From the NCBI GenBank assembly GCA_964252035.1, contig OZ176204.1: DNA of 64,000 bases. One strand, written 5' to 3'. Positions 37,874 to 50,957 of this stretch are shown here, piece by piece. Position numbers and translations under genes: made by a program. The notes under the pieces were generated by a model. That model was not told the DNA's origin. It saw nothing but the letters and a program-made list of their open reading frames with translations, and did not search any database. The DNA is from Podarcis erhardii (taxonomy: Eukaryota). Each line of letters starts with the position of its first letter. Positions within the stretch are counted from its first letter, which is position 1.

Positions 37874-39779
37874 CTGTGAAGCTCAATTAGGGCTTTAAGA
37901 GCTAATGAAAACTGGCATACAAACAAATATTCTAGGAATGAGAAACTATTGTCTGAGAAAGGGGGGAAAGAATACAAGCTTTCCTCCTACCTTTTTCATA
38001 TAAACCAGATACTATAGAGAAATGAAGAAAGCAAGATAGCCCTGTGTCTGTATGTGTGAAGGCAAAGATGCACTTTTATCACAATTCTTTACAATCCACA
38101 ATTACGCAGTGAGTCTGTTTACTGCAAGGAAAATGAGGGTGTTAACAGAGTTGCTCAATCCTTGTTCTTTTCTTTGCACATAGGACTAGGCTTGCAAGGA
38201 CCACACTTATGAAGATTAAAGAAGTATAACCACTGGCAGACATACAATGCCAACTAGTAATTACCAGATTAAATACTCAAAGTTATTTTGAAATGTATGT
38301 TTAAAGTAGGCTAAAGAAGTGCTTAAAGGAATTCAGTTTGAGCATTATCAAATTCTGGATAGAAAATAAAAGCCTGCATAAGATAACTAGAGTAAGAGCC
38401 CACAAATTGCCCACAGGAGGAATGATCAGTTACCAACTCAATTTAAAGAGGTGGTGGAAGATAACTCAAGAATGGGACAGAAGTCGGTTGGTTCTATTTA
38501 TATTCTTCACTCAACTGTCCAAATCTTTGTCATCAGCATTTGTTAGCTGCCATTCTAGCACTTAAGGCAATATACAATGAACCAAACTGAGCAAATCTAA
38601 GAGGGGAAAGCCCAGAAGGAATAGCACCAATAAAGAAAAAAAATAGGCAGAACTAAAGACCAAACAGAAAAGATGTGTTTTGCACCACCTCCTGAGAGAC
38701 AATACAGAAGAAGAACTAAAGTCCTCAGGGCCTTTAAAAAACTTATCAAAAGCCTAGCTTCTCACCATGAACAGACATTGTGTGGAACTGGGAACTCAAA
38801 GAAGGGCAATGGTGACAACACAAGGAAAGGCATTTGGGATCAAGCTGCAGAAGACTTTATCCATGCATCATGTGAAGCAAGTTCTTGCACACAGAAGCTC
38901 GAGGGAGAAAATTGCTAGTCTTTAGGGTACCATGATTCTGTTGTATTTGCTGCATGAGACTTTAGAATGTAAGGTAATTGTGAACTTTTACAGGCTGGCT
39001 CTTTCAAACACTGAGCCCAGGGGGAAATCAACATTCCAGCTTTGTACAAAAGCACAGAGCATTGTTTAGCAGTTCCTCTTTACACTAAGTACTGTGATAA
39101 CTCTTAAAAATACTTAGATATTGCAACCAAATTGTTCCTATGGTTTCAAAGTATTTGCCATTCGATATTCAAATAAACAAACCAAAACTTTAAACTGCTA
39201 CAAACTGACAGTCCAAGTCTCTTCATGCCTACAACTTAGAGAAAGGTCTACTCCCATGTGAAAGCTTGCAGCTTTAGACAATAAATTATTCAGAACTTTA
39301 ATTAGCTACTTTCAAAGAAACCATTGATTTCAATCATTAGATGAACTGTTAACTTCATAAGGCAATATGCTTTAAATGAATCTCTTAAGATCCTGCTTCT
39401 CAAAAGTCTTTCTACAAAGGACCCACAGACTTTCATTTTCTTTGGTCACACAGCATTTCCCAAATTTAGCACTTTTGCAGAGCTGTTCATTTTCTGCAAA
39501 GTATAAACAACACAGAAAAAGGGAACTGCCCAAACCTAAGTGGTGCCAGATGAGCTGCTCTGAATTCACAGAGCTTTGTTTTCAAGTTTCCTAACTCAAT
39601 ACTAACTCAAATAGCAAGAACAGTCTAGGAAATAAAGTCCTTTGAACTTGTGAAAGTAGTCAAACAAAGAATCAACTTCCCTCACGTCCCACACACAAAA
39701 ATCGATGTTAAAGACCTCTTTGCTTTCACCTTTTAGCTACAAATTGTAACAATACTTAAGTTTTCATTGCAGTATCAGT

Positions 39780-40122
39780 AACGAAGGTGCATTCCATGTT
39801 AGGGATCATTAAGAAAGCGTCCGGAAGAAATTGTCAAGATGCAACTTCTCTTGGAAAACGGTGTACAGTTCTCAGTCTGGACCCTGTGTGAGAGACCAGG
39901 AAGTGGAGATCTCTCCGTGTGAGAGGCTGGGAGAAGCCTGGAATGCTTTCAGGTGAAAACTGGGAGGACACACCTTTCTATGTATGGGACAAAAATTGAG
40001 ACTTGTGAGAGAGGATTCTGAATTATTCTCTCTCTTCCCTCTTTTTCCTTTCCTTTCTTTTTATTATTCTTTGTGTAGATTAGCTTGTCTTTGTACTGTA
40101 CTGTGAAAAGTGTTAATAAAAA
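39780..40122 (+). mobile_element. Possible L1/Tx1-like 3' end
   Basis: Pyrimidine/T-rich 3' UTR-like tract ending GTGTTAATAAAAAA. The coding remnant is not clearly recognisable. Confidence 0.3.
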
Positions 40123-40305
40123 AGGGAAAGGGACCCCTGACCATTAGGTCCAGTCATGACCGACTCTGGGGTTGTGGCGCTCATCTCGCTTTATTGGAGC
40201 CAGCGTACAGCTTCCAGGTCATGTGGCCAGCATGACTAAGCCGCTTCTGGCAAACCAGAGCAGTGCACGGAAACGCCATTTACCTTCCCGCCGGAGCGGT
40301 ACCTA
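40121..40305 (-). mobile_element. 5'-truncated Sauria SINE
   Basis: The reverse complement matches the Sauria SINE 3' part (...GGTACCGCTCCGGCGGGAAGGTAAATGGCG...GACTGGACCTAATGGTCAGGGGTCCCTTT). Confidence 0.85.
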
Positions 40306-40539
40306 CACTTGGCATTCTACAGAACTGGTACTTGAATCTTACTTCAACACTGGTTACTGGTTTTGTTTTTATAAAAAAAAAAAAGCTTTACAAAACCCAA
40401 GAAGAGCCTCCAATCTTTTGGGGGGGTGTTCCCCAAAAAATCTCAAGGACTCTGTCTGGATTTTCACTTTGGGGACTATAGCAACCCTAACCCCAAGGGG
40501 AATGTCTCTTTCTACCTAATGGTAGAACCGAGCCTGGGT

Positions 40540-40990
40540 ATATAAAATAATGCATGGTGTAGAGAAAGTGAATACAGGGAAGCTGTTCTCCCCCTTTCCA
40601 TAGTAATAGAATTCAGAGTCCTCCAATGAAACTAAATGGTGGGAGATTCAGGACAGCGAGAAGGAAGCAAAGTTAAAACTATTGAATTTTCTACCGCAAA
40701 ATGTGGTAATGGCAATGAATTTAGTTGAATTTAAAAGTTGAATTATGGCAAAGTCATGTTGGATAAAGTTTATCAATGGCTATCTAGCATGATGATTGTA
40801 TAGTAACTCCAGGTTCAGTGGAATAATGACTCTGAATGCCAGTTGCTGTGGAACAACAGCAGGAGAGAGCTACTGTGTTCATGTCCTGTATATGAGCTTC
40901 CTCTAGGCATCTAATTGGCCATCGTAGAAAACAGGGAGCTGGATTGGATAGATTTTGGTCTGAATCACTAGGGATCTACTTGTGGTCTTA
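40540..40990 (+). mobile_element. CR1 LINE 3' fragment
   Basis: Degenerate YKIMHGVEKV...PMKLNGGRFRT, the CR1 ORF2 C-terminus, followed by the 3' UTR. Confidence 0.7.
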
Positions 40991-41123
40991 GAAGATATTT
41001 TGGAAATGGAAATTTAGATACAAACATATCTTTCTCAGTGGAATGGTAACAAGCAAGTCTAATGGGAAAGATGGTAAATCACAGAACTCTAGAGTTGGAA
41101 GGGGCCCTGAGTATCATCTAGTC

Positions 41124-41311
41124 CAGAGGTAGTCAAGCTTTTTATACCTACCATCCACTAATTCATCTTTCTTGATGGTAAAACTTCCTTACCGCCCACC
41201 AGTGCTCGATGGAAGGAGGATTCAGTTTGTACCATAGAACCCCCTACCGCCCACCTAGAATCCTGAAATGCCCACTAGTGGGCAGTAGGGACCAGGTTGA
41301 CAACCCCCCTG
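41124..41311. mobile_element. hAT-like MITE inserted in a minus-strand CR1 3' tip (~41078-41320)
   Basis: TIR-like ends CAGAGGTAGTCAAGCT / AGGTTGACAACCCCCCTG. The flanks read AGAGTTGGAAGGGGCCCTGAGTATCATCTAGTC...CAACCCCCCTGCAATGCA, a reversed CR1 tail. No TSD seen. Confidence 0.55.
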
Positions 41312-44300
41312 CAATGCATGAATAAATGATGTAGAGACCACAGGTTTGCCACCTTTAAAATGTATGGCTGCATTCAAATTCATTATAATGTGCTTTAATG
41401 GTTTTAAATTATATGTATTGGATTGTCTAAGATGCTGTATAAAAGCAAGTAAAATGAATGTTAAGAACATGGATTGCCTGGGCACAGAGAAGGGCAGAAA
41501 CGAATTTTATATGTCCCTGTGACAGACTTCTCACATTAATAATACTGATGAATTTGCATTGGATGAGCAAAATCTGAAGATCAGTATGCAGTTAATTGAT
41601 TTCAGATGACAGTTTTGCCATGGCTGGGTGGATCCGATAAGTAACTCTGGAATAATCCTCTTGAAGCCAATTAGGGTGTTCTGCAGTAAATAGAGGATTG
41701 TATCATACAAATCCCATTTTACCTGAGAAGATTAGTAAGTATTGCTTATTTATCATCAAATGTAATGTAGTGCTGAGAGACACAGAAAACATAGCTTAGT
41801 AAGGAAGTTAATTCTCCAATTAAAAAAAAGGTATTTTTTGCAAGTATGTCAACAACTCATCACTAAGCTGTCACCACAATAACAGATACAATTCTAACAT
41901 CTGCTAGCTTTGAACACGGAGCCATCTGTTCCAAAAGGCATGAAAACCAACCTAACATTTACAGTTACTAGTCTTATTACATGCAACCTCCAGAGCAGTG
42001 AGATACTATCTGTCTCAAGCCTTTGACACAGACGGGGCTATACATTTTAAAACTCATGTTTTGAGAACAAAATCAATAAGAATCCTGTAAAATTCTGAAA
42101 CATCTTTTTTGTAAGATTATTCAATCCACTGCGCACACACCCAATCCAAGCTGTATGTTTGAGCCACAAGAAAGAAAAAGGTTTTTCCTCAAAACATTCC
42201 TCCACTCTTCACATCATCTCAATTAAGAACAAATGCAACCTTAAGAGAGAGGAAAAGTGTGTGGGACTTAAGATCTAATTAAGGGTGAGAGGCAGACATG
42301 TTCAATTTCATCTTTTGTCTTACAGCTTAAATAGTATGAAAATAAATAGGAAGCAACAGCAAAAACAAAGGTAGTATTTTCTCAGCCAGTACAGTGATTA
42401 CAGTACTCTGTTAACATCACACCATAAATATATAATGCACTTCAAACCATACACTGCCATAGTTAGCTAATTCACACATGCGAAAGTTCAAGATTAAATG
42501 CAAAGCTACTGGTATTTTCTAAGTAAGGATGTTTCTGCATGTGTATCTGTATCCCATCAATGGGTATTCCTTCAATGGGTATTCCTTCATACTACCAATA
42601 TTAACACGATAACCTCTAACAGGCATCTGCACATTGTTTAGTTTTTCTTTTAACAGATTAATAAATGAGAGATGAAAATACAAGCTTGGAGAAAGGAAAC
42701 CCTCACCTTTAACTTCCAAGTACAAATACAAAATCATCCAAGGTGTCAAAAACTTCATTTTAGGCACTCAAGATCCAAATAAGTCTAAACTTAATGCAAG
42801 AATATGGCAAACTCTCAAGCAGTGGTATCAATTATAATATCTTTATTATTTTTCTCAAAAATGAAATGTCCCTGCCATTCCAGACAAGCATTTGAAGCCA
42901 CCTATATCAGTCAGCAAGGGCTGAATTGTTATTATTTTTCAAAATTCACTGCTTCCATCCTGGTTATGGGAAGCCCATTCTCTGAGCTATAACTGTTCCA
43001 GCAACTATAATTTTATACTACAATTACTACACTGTTCTGTACATTGTTTTCATCTCCTGTTTTGCTCTAGTAAAATATTTTCTCATTCCAAACCAAGTGC
43101 CAGATTTAAAAAAAGAAACAAACACATATACCATCAACTAATTTGTTCTAATGCAATATTTACTATGTTCCAATGAAGGCTACAGCACTTATGTCCATTT
43201 TAACACTATCATTGTAGCAAAGCACTGCAAACACAATCACTCCTTCTGGGACTAGGAACTGGCTAGCTGCCAGTATCACAGCTGGCTGCAAAGTTAGAAA
43301 TGAAGCTGTGGCTCATCAGAATACCTCAGTTTTCAATGACAGAGCCACCATGTGGTTCGTGCCCTGGCAACACTACAAAGTTCAGTATAGATGTACCCTG
43401 GATATTATGATGTTTCTAGAACTGTTGTCCAGACATTATGGCATCCCAAGCAGTAGTGAAACTGAAGCGGCACTTTGCTTTTTCCACTACAATGATTGAC
43501 AGCTGAATGTGAGAACTGAATCCAGAGAAAATATTGCAGCTGAGTTGGCACTGGTCACTGTCTGAGGTCATCCATGAAGAGCTTTTCACAAATGCAAGTG
43601 TTTAAAGTGATGGATATGCATATCTCAACTAGTTTTATAAACAATTTGCAAAGATGGTTTGTGTCAGGAGTTCAGCCTACACTCGAATAGGACCCTGGCA
43701 GAGACACATGCCCGACTGGCATGTTCTCTCCCTCCTGGTCTTTCCTTCGGGAGCTTCAAAAGCTTTCTTCAGCCTGAACATCACAGCAACCGATGCCACC
43801 TGACACCGGCACACTTAGGGATCTGCAGAGTTTGCACAGCATGCGCGTGACAGACCTCAGCAACTCAGCATTTTGGCTAATCTACTTTATTTACATATAA
43901 ACACACATGGAACACTGCAACATGGCTCCCTCTCTCTCTATTATCAGACAGCAAAGAGAAAAAGAACAAAGGACAATAGTCCCACTTCACGGAACACAGT
44001 AACACAAACATCCTGTCTCCGTCACTTCCCACTCTGTGGAGTCAAAACATATACCATCATGTGAAAGACAAAAACCCCATGACTGCAATCATGGAGCAGG
44101 AATTCTAACAGTTTGTTGTCCTGTATCCTTCTCATTGTTCAACCATGTCATGATCCTTGAAAGAGGCTGCAAGGGCACAAGATAGGGAGACCATTGCACT
44201 AGGGGCTGAGGGACAGGAATAGCTTGTGGAACCTCTCAGACCACCAGGGCCTATAGGGACAGAACTCACGACCCTCACAGGCACAGTCTCCCGAGTCTCA

Positions 44301-45770
44301 AGAATCAGATGGCGCCCACTGCACAGTCCAGAGAAGCAGGTAATGCACCAGGAAAAAGACTGTGGAATGGAGGTGAAGTTCCTGTCCTCAGGACAGAGGG
44401 TTGGTCCTTTAAGGCTCCAGAGTTCTCTACTTGGTGGTGAAAGCAAAGTCTTCAAAGGCCTAGAGTGTGAGCGTATGAAGTGGGAGGTCCAATTTTCAGA
44501 ACGCCCCCCCCCCCATACACAGCACTTTTGTCTTGGTCAAACTTATTTCCAGTATCATAGCCTGGCTGGGCGGGGTATGCATTTGGGTGTAAACAGCAGA
44601 CAGTAGAAATGAACACCCCACAACAATGTGCTCCTTTGCTCTGAAAATCTGGTCTCCAACCCACATTTTGGACATGATGATAGTAAGTCAATCTGCCCCA
44701 GTTGGGTATACTTTGCCTTTACATCAGTGCCATCAGGGGTCCATAGGCTATCATGTATTAGAATGAAGAAATTGTGTCTGAAAATAGGACAGGTGATCAG
44801 TAAACTGAAAATATTGAAATTCAGAGAGACCAAATCGGACTTGGCTAAACTGCATCAGTTCAAGTCTCCAAATTTTCTGCTCTTTTCTTTGAAATCAATC
44901 CCTCAGTTCCAGCTGCAGAAATAATATAACCTCCAAGGCACAATATCTGCCAGAGACCAATACCTGTGTTTAATATGTTCAGATATTTCTTTCTAGGTAT
45001 TTGTTTTAGAAACTTTATGAAGTTGATATAGTGAAAGGGCACAGCAAGCTTTGTTTTGCCTTAGTTTCTGTGGGTCTCATGTTCCCATGTATATTTATTA
45101 TCTTAAAATGTGAAGTACGTGAAAGGCAGGGGGGAAACTTCTGCCAACTCAGAACAGTAGGCTTTAAATTAGATACAGTCACTATGAGTATGGTTTGCAG
45201 AAGCATTTGACAATTTTCACCTTCTAAAAAAAAAGCTTTTTCCATTTTTCTGTTAACAAAAAATCCTTAAAACATCCTTTTCTATATTTTATCATCTTCA
45301 GATGAGAGAGCATCTATAGATTTGAAGCAATTTAATTTAGCCAATTTTAATCTGACTGTTCATCCAGATCAACGGTTCTTATTTCCTTTTATTGTTAGTG
45401 TATGGCTTGTAAAAACTGGAAGGCATTCAGCTATGTTTTATCAGTGCAGACCCACTGAAAGTAATAAGCATGGCTAAGTTAGAGTCATTAATTTCAATAT
45501 TTTACTCTGAGTAAAATATTCAGCAAACCATGCTTAGGATATTTAAAGTTTCCAGGTTTAACTTCTGCCTACTCCAGTTAAAGGAGCAGCTAGGAAGAAC
45601 TTTGCCTTGGACCTTGGAGGCCAGTGCTAGTCAGATTAAGCTAGACTTTGCCAAACTGGTGCCCACTAAATATTATGGATCACAACTCCTATCAGGCAGT
45701 TGCAGTTCAAACCATCTGGAGGCACTAATGTTGGCAAAGGCTAGATTATAGAACACTGCAGCACGTAGAC

Positions 45771-45906
45771 TAGGCATAGGCAAACTCGGGCCTCCAGATG
45801 TTTTGGGACTACAACTCCCATCATGCCTAGCTAACAGGACCAGTGGTCAGGGATGAAGGGAGTTGTAGTCCCAAAACATCTGGAGGCCTGAGTTTGCCTA
45901 TGCCTG
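45771..45906. mobile_element. 136-bp near-perfect palindromic hAT MITE
   Basis: About 49-bp inverted arms with 2 mismatches. 8-bp flanks ACGTAGAC / GCATAGAC (6/8 match). Confidence 0.85.
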
Positions 45907-48369
45907 GCATAGACCAATAGCCTAATTCAATATAATGCAACTGCATGCCACCCCACCCCCCAAAATGTGATTCCATATGGTAAAATGAAAAATGAAACTG
46001 GGTCTACAAATGCAAGTTTTGGTTACATGCTTGAAAAGTTGAAGACTACTGTTCTAGAAAAGCTTGGATGTAGGCAAAGGTCTGCAGTGGGGAGAGAAAG
46101 GGAAGGGGAAGATTGGGAGACACCCCAGACCAAAATCCTAGGAAGTGTAAACAATACTAAACTAGCTAGATGAGAAGAAAATGTGAAAAATAGGGCAGCT
46201 TCCTATGTTCACTCTCCAGTTTATCAAGTTGTGGTGTTCACGCACTATAAAAATGAACTTTGGGAAGATTTTTTTAAAAATACTCCTAGCTCATTGACCA
46301 AGAGCAATGGTATGTGTTTATGTGCCTTGAACACTTAGGTCTTAAGAAGAAACTTATTATGTTAATGTGGTCCTGAGCAAGGCAGTGTTTTTGAAAGGGA
46401 TCAGTGTGACCCATTACCTTGGCCATGTTGCCCAGTCTTTCCCACAGCATTAAAGCAACAGTCCATTTCATGTACTGAAGCTCTCTTTGGAGGCTCTTTG
46501 CTCTGCCGAATAAAGATGGCCTCTACACCCTCTCTTTGACTGGGAGTGGATGGGCTGGGATCTCTGAACTTTTTTTTGTAGCATTCTTACAAAGACGTGG
46601 GAGAGAGAGGAGCATCAGCTCTCTGTAGTGAGGACATTAGAGCATACTCATATCTTCCACGGCTCATTGGAACTCTGGGAGTTGTAGCTCTCTAAATCTA
46701 TTTTCAGAAACTATGCAAAGTACTCAGCAGGAGATTAAGATGACACACCCCAATAATCCAAGACCCCAGTCAATTAAACACACATACCGCTTGCACCATA
46801 AAAACTCTACTAGGTTTGGGGGGGGGCAATTTAAGAAATACTAGTATTTTCTTTTACTCAAGTTTTTTTCCTCTTAACATGAAAGTGTCTCAAAGGAACA
46901 GGTTTTACTGAAGCATTCAGAAATGTACTTTGCTTCTATCTAGGAAGGTCAATAGACTGGAAAGAGTGGTAGACACACTCTATTACTGTACTCTTGTTCT
47001 TCAAATACAAAGTTGCAATTCACAGGTAGTTTTAAGGAACGATCCCTTAAGAAGTTTCCAGGACATGAATTGTCACAAGGACAATTTTCTGTTTTAAAAG
47101 GAAATAATCATAACTGTTAGAAACCTTTGAAATGTCAATATTCTTTGAAACATCAGTATTTTTTTAAGAGTGTTTGAACCATAACGCCTATCTAGAAGAG
47201 CAACACAAATATAGTCAGTTGTACTACAACTCAGCAAAATATAATAGCATCTTTATCTCTACATTTTAAGATCCTGGTGCCAGGCCTAGATCTATACCTA
47301 TTATCTACTCCAGATAATTACATGCTCAAATAAATGGCTTGAGGATTTCAGCTTGGAGAGCAGAAGAACCTTATTTTAAGAGCATGTTTCATAATGGGAG
47401 ATGATGGACTTCTTTCATAAAAGTCTGCTGAACTATTGCTCATTTCTTTAGTTTGCCAGCAGTTTTACATAACAGCCCAATTTTAGAAAACAACACTGCT
47501 AAAATGACAATGTAAAACATTAAGCCAATGTTATTATGGCCAAATATTCCCTGAACAAAAAGCTGATATGTCTAGTGTGGAAAAATCACAACGCAGAAAG
47601 CAAGCCAGAACAGTTTGCTTTCCAAGAGACATGTGCTTCAGAGCCCACACATACTACCTTAAGTAAAGCATACAACAGCATCTGAACAGCTTCAATAGGA
47701 TTTTAATTATTGTGCATTCAGGAACACCAATACTCAACGGGGGGGGGGAGCACACTAAAGAATTACTGCAACTACCAGTGCATGATCTTCAGAGGGATAC
47801 AACAGACTTTTATTCCCAAATATCTGCAGGGAGAAGTCAATAACTCCTCATATTACGGCTGGATGAATCATAGTAAAACCACAGAAGCAACTTTCAAAAG
47901 TTGTCCCCGTATCAACTCAGCACCATCAAGACTGCAATATTATGTACTCTAAACTCACACTCTAAACCCACCACTGTAAAACAGATCATACTTGCAGCAA
48001 GAAAACACCAGCATGTGTCTCCCACCCAGTATACAGGTCCTTACACATGCCTGCCAACCTCTGGCCCTTCCCTTACAAATAAATATTCTGCATTAGTATA
48101 TTTTCTTCCACTCATGCCTTCAAAACCATTCGGCCCCCAATACTGTTTTGTTTTGCCACTTTAGAATTTCTTCAAAGTTTACTCTGAGATTTAATGCAGC
48201 TTCGGTCTGCCAAAAAGTTTGTCTGTGGGATTCTGTAAATTTATCTGGCAGTCTTTCTGGCTGACCATCTGGAGAATATTTTAGAGGGAAAAAAGAAAAA
48301 GAAAAAAAGACAGAGCAAGAGAGAGGAGGAGAGAGAGACCTGCAGCAAGAACACCCCTGTTCTACCACT

Positions 48370-49761
48370 CCCCCCCCCTCCCGCGCGCGCACGAACGCAC
48401 ACTCACTAGGGACCTCGATTCGTTTTTGTTAATGACTCCTCTACAAAAAAAAAAAAGGACCACGTTCAGCCAACACGGGGGGGGGGAGGCGGGGAGCGGG
48501 TTGAGCAATAACAGTCTACTCTTCTATATTCCAAACCAGATCCCATCAACTCGTCGTTTGCAAGCAGATGTCAATGAAAATTCTTGCGCGCCCTACAAAA
48601 CGTCAGTCCCTCGTTTCCCCGGCCAAACACACACACACACACAGAAACTAACAGTATGTTTCTTTATTAAAAAACCTTTTAGAAGTGGAATTCAACGATT
48701 TGGGGCAGAGGACTCTTTATAAAGAGTCAGGAAGGATTCTTCTTACACATCTCACTCAAGAGAAGCTCCTTTCGGAGCCAGAGACGGATTCCCCCCCCCC
48801 CCCCCAGAATCCACGATCTGCAAGTCATCTGCGCTTTTTGCAGAAAGGAGCACATCTGGAGTCAAGATTCCCCAGCGAAGCCCCGTCCAGTCCGTTGTGG
48901 AATGCGCCTGGCGAAGGAGGAAAGTTGCGAGAGAAGGATCTGCCAGGCAGGATCAGGCGGAGGAGGGCGCCAAGTTGTTGTTTTCGCTGCCCCTTACTCA
49001 GTTCGCCACAAATATTGCAATCACATGACAAGAGTGAGTCCCTCCGTCTCCCCCCCCCCCCGCCCACTTTCCCCGTCCTAATAACCGTCGCCTCCGGCAC
49101 CGGCGGCAGCAGCCGCTTCCCCTCGCTTACCTGCAGTCTCTCGCTTGCCGGCTGCCACATATTTCTCCCGCTGGGACCTGGCGGGACACTGTTGCTAACG
49201 AGCTGGCTGTTGCGGAGCGGCTGCGGGGCTCTGGCCAGGCTCGCTCACATCTGCTCGGCGTGTGTCAGCTTGGGGCGAGCCGCCAGCGGGCGACGGGGGC
49301 GAAGGGCAAGCGCCGCCCAGGCGAGAGGCGAGGGAGACGGGTAGGGAGAGCGCTCCGGAGCCCCGGGAGCCCCGGCTACGAACTTGGGTCGCGACCAAGA
49401 CGTCGAGCTTTGGCGCCGGCTTCCTCCGCGAGGCGAGCTCCGCCGTCCTATTGCGCTAGTCGCCGCCGGAGGCCCCTCAGCGCAGCAGAAGCGACGTGGG
49501 GAGGGGGGCGACCAGGCTCTCCAGGCCCCGCCCCGCCGCCCGCCTCCTCGCTCCGCCAGCGCCGCCCACCCTTCGCTCGGGAGCCCGGCCGAGCTCGGGC
49601 GCTGCTGACTGGATTTGCTCGTCGCCTGCAAGAGGCGGCGGCGGCGGCAGCGGCGGCTTCTGCGCGCGGCGTGTGACGCGCGAGTTGCTTTGGCGCGCGG
49701 CGGCCGGTTGCTTTGCCCTCAGGCGCGCAGGGACCGAAAGCGGGCTGAGGGGAGGGAGGCG
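48370..49761. promoter_or_regulatory. PID1: CpG island containing the PID1 promoter, 5' UTR, exon 1 and start of intron 1
   Basis: Sharp rise in GC and CpG density compared with the CpG-poor flanks, and it contains the PID1 start codon. The TSS cannot be determined from sequence; it is probably near 49600-49750. Confidence 0.88.
49131..49160 (-). CDS. PID1: PID1 coding exon 1 (10 codons, MWQPASERLQ)
   Basis: ATG with A at -3 (GAGAAATATG). The peptide matches the recalled human isoform N-terminus MWQPATERLQ. Strong donor CAG|GTAAGC at 49130, phase 0, joining in frame to HFQTM of exon 2. Confidence 0.94.
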
Positions 49762-49762
49762 T

Positions 49763-50957
49763 TCATTTGTTGTTTAGTCGTTTAGTTGTGTCTTACTCTT
49801 CGTGACCCCATGGACCAGAACACGCCAGGCACTCCTGTCTTCCACTGCCTCCAGCAGTTTGGTCAAACTCATGCTGGTAGCTTCGAGAACACTGTCCAAC
49901 CATCTCGTCCTCTGCCATCCCCTTCTCCTTGTGCCCTCAATCTTTCCCAACATCGGGGTCTTTTCCAGGGAGTCTTCTCTTCTCATGAGGTAGCCAAAGT
50001 ATTGGAGCCTCAGCTTCACGATCTGTCCCTCCAGTGAGCACTCATGGCTGATTTCCTTCAGAATGGAGAGGTTTGATCTTCTTGCAGTCCATGGGACTCT
50101 CAAGAGTCTCCTCCAGCACCATAATTCAAAAGCATCCATTCTTCGGTGATCAGTCTTCTTTATGGTCCAGCTCTCACTTCCATACATCACTACATTGGTA
50201 CCTCGGGTTACATACGCTTCAGGTTACATACGCTTCAGGTTACAGACTCCGCTAACCCAGAAATATTACCTCAGGTTAAGAACTTTGCTTCAGGATGGGA
50301 ACAGAATTTGTGCTCCGGCTGCGCGGCGGCAGCAGGAGGCCCTATTAGCTAAAGTGGTGCTTCAGGTTAAGAACAGTTTCAGGTTAAGTACAGACCTCCA
50401 GAACGAATTAAGTACTTAACCTGAGGTACCACTGTACTGGGAAAACCATAGCTTTAACTATACGGACCTATGTTGGCAAGGCGATGTCTCTGCTTTTTAA
50501 GATGCTGTCTAGGTTTTTCATTGCTTTTCTCCCAAGAAGCAGGCGTCTTTTAATTTCGTGACTGCATTCACCATCTGCAGTGATCATGGAGCCCAAGAAA
50601 GTAAAATCTCTCACTGCCTCCATTTCTTCCCCTTCTATTTGCCAGGTGGTAATGGGCCCAGTGGCCATGACCTTCATTTTTTTGATGTTGAGCCTCAGAC
50701 CATATTTTGCACTCTCCTCTTTCACCTTCATTAAAAGGTTCTTTAATTCCTCCTCACTTTCTGCCATCAAGGTTGTGTCATCTGCATATCTGAGGTTGTT
50801 GATATTTCTTCCGGCAATCTTAATTCCGGCTTGTGATTCATCCAGTCCATCCTGTCCCATGATAAATTCTGCATATAAGTTAAACAATCAGGGAGACAAT
50901 ATACAGCCTTGTCATATCCCTTTCCCAATTTTGAACCAATCAGTTGTTCCATATCCA
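49763..50957 (-). mobile_element. 5'-truncated RTE-BovB LINE interrupted by a MITE
   Basis: QGCILSP..LFNLYAE..GIKIAGRNINNLRYADDTTLMAESEEELK and VMYGSESWTIKK...RWLD motifs. In-frame stop at 50468-70. BovB-type 3' tail (GACTAAACAAC) near 49765-49790. Confidence 0.9.
50193..50434. mobile_element. Tigger-like MITE (copy 2), nested in BovB
   Basis: TA duplicated (50191-92 and 50435-36). Removing the element restores BovB CATCACTACTGGGAAAACCATAGC (minus-strand reading AMVFPVVMYG). Confidence 0.9.

Noticed and set aside
42557-42589. 15-bp tandem duplication (TCAATGGGTATTCCT x2) and a similar 16-bp duplication at about 2543-2587
   Set aside because: Ordinary slippage-type micro-duplications with no further structure.
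44132-44606. Overlapping 107-aa (-) and 126-aa (+) ORFs in a GC-richer patch
   Set aside because: No recognisable domain and no convincing splice-site pair. Possibly an old repeat that I cannot classify.
48685-49777. Cluster of long overlapping ORFs on both strands (including the 219-aa + ORF 48685-49344)
   Set aside because: Expected by-product of stop-poor GC-rich CpG-island sequence. The peptides are low-complexity and mostly use non-ATG starts. Only the first 10 codons of the 49160 ORF are real.
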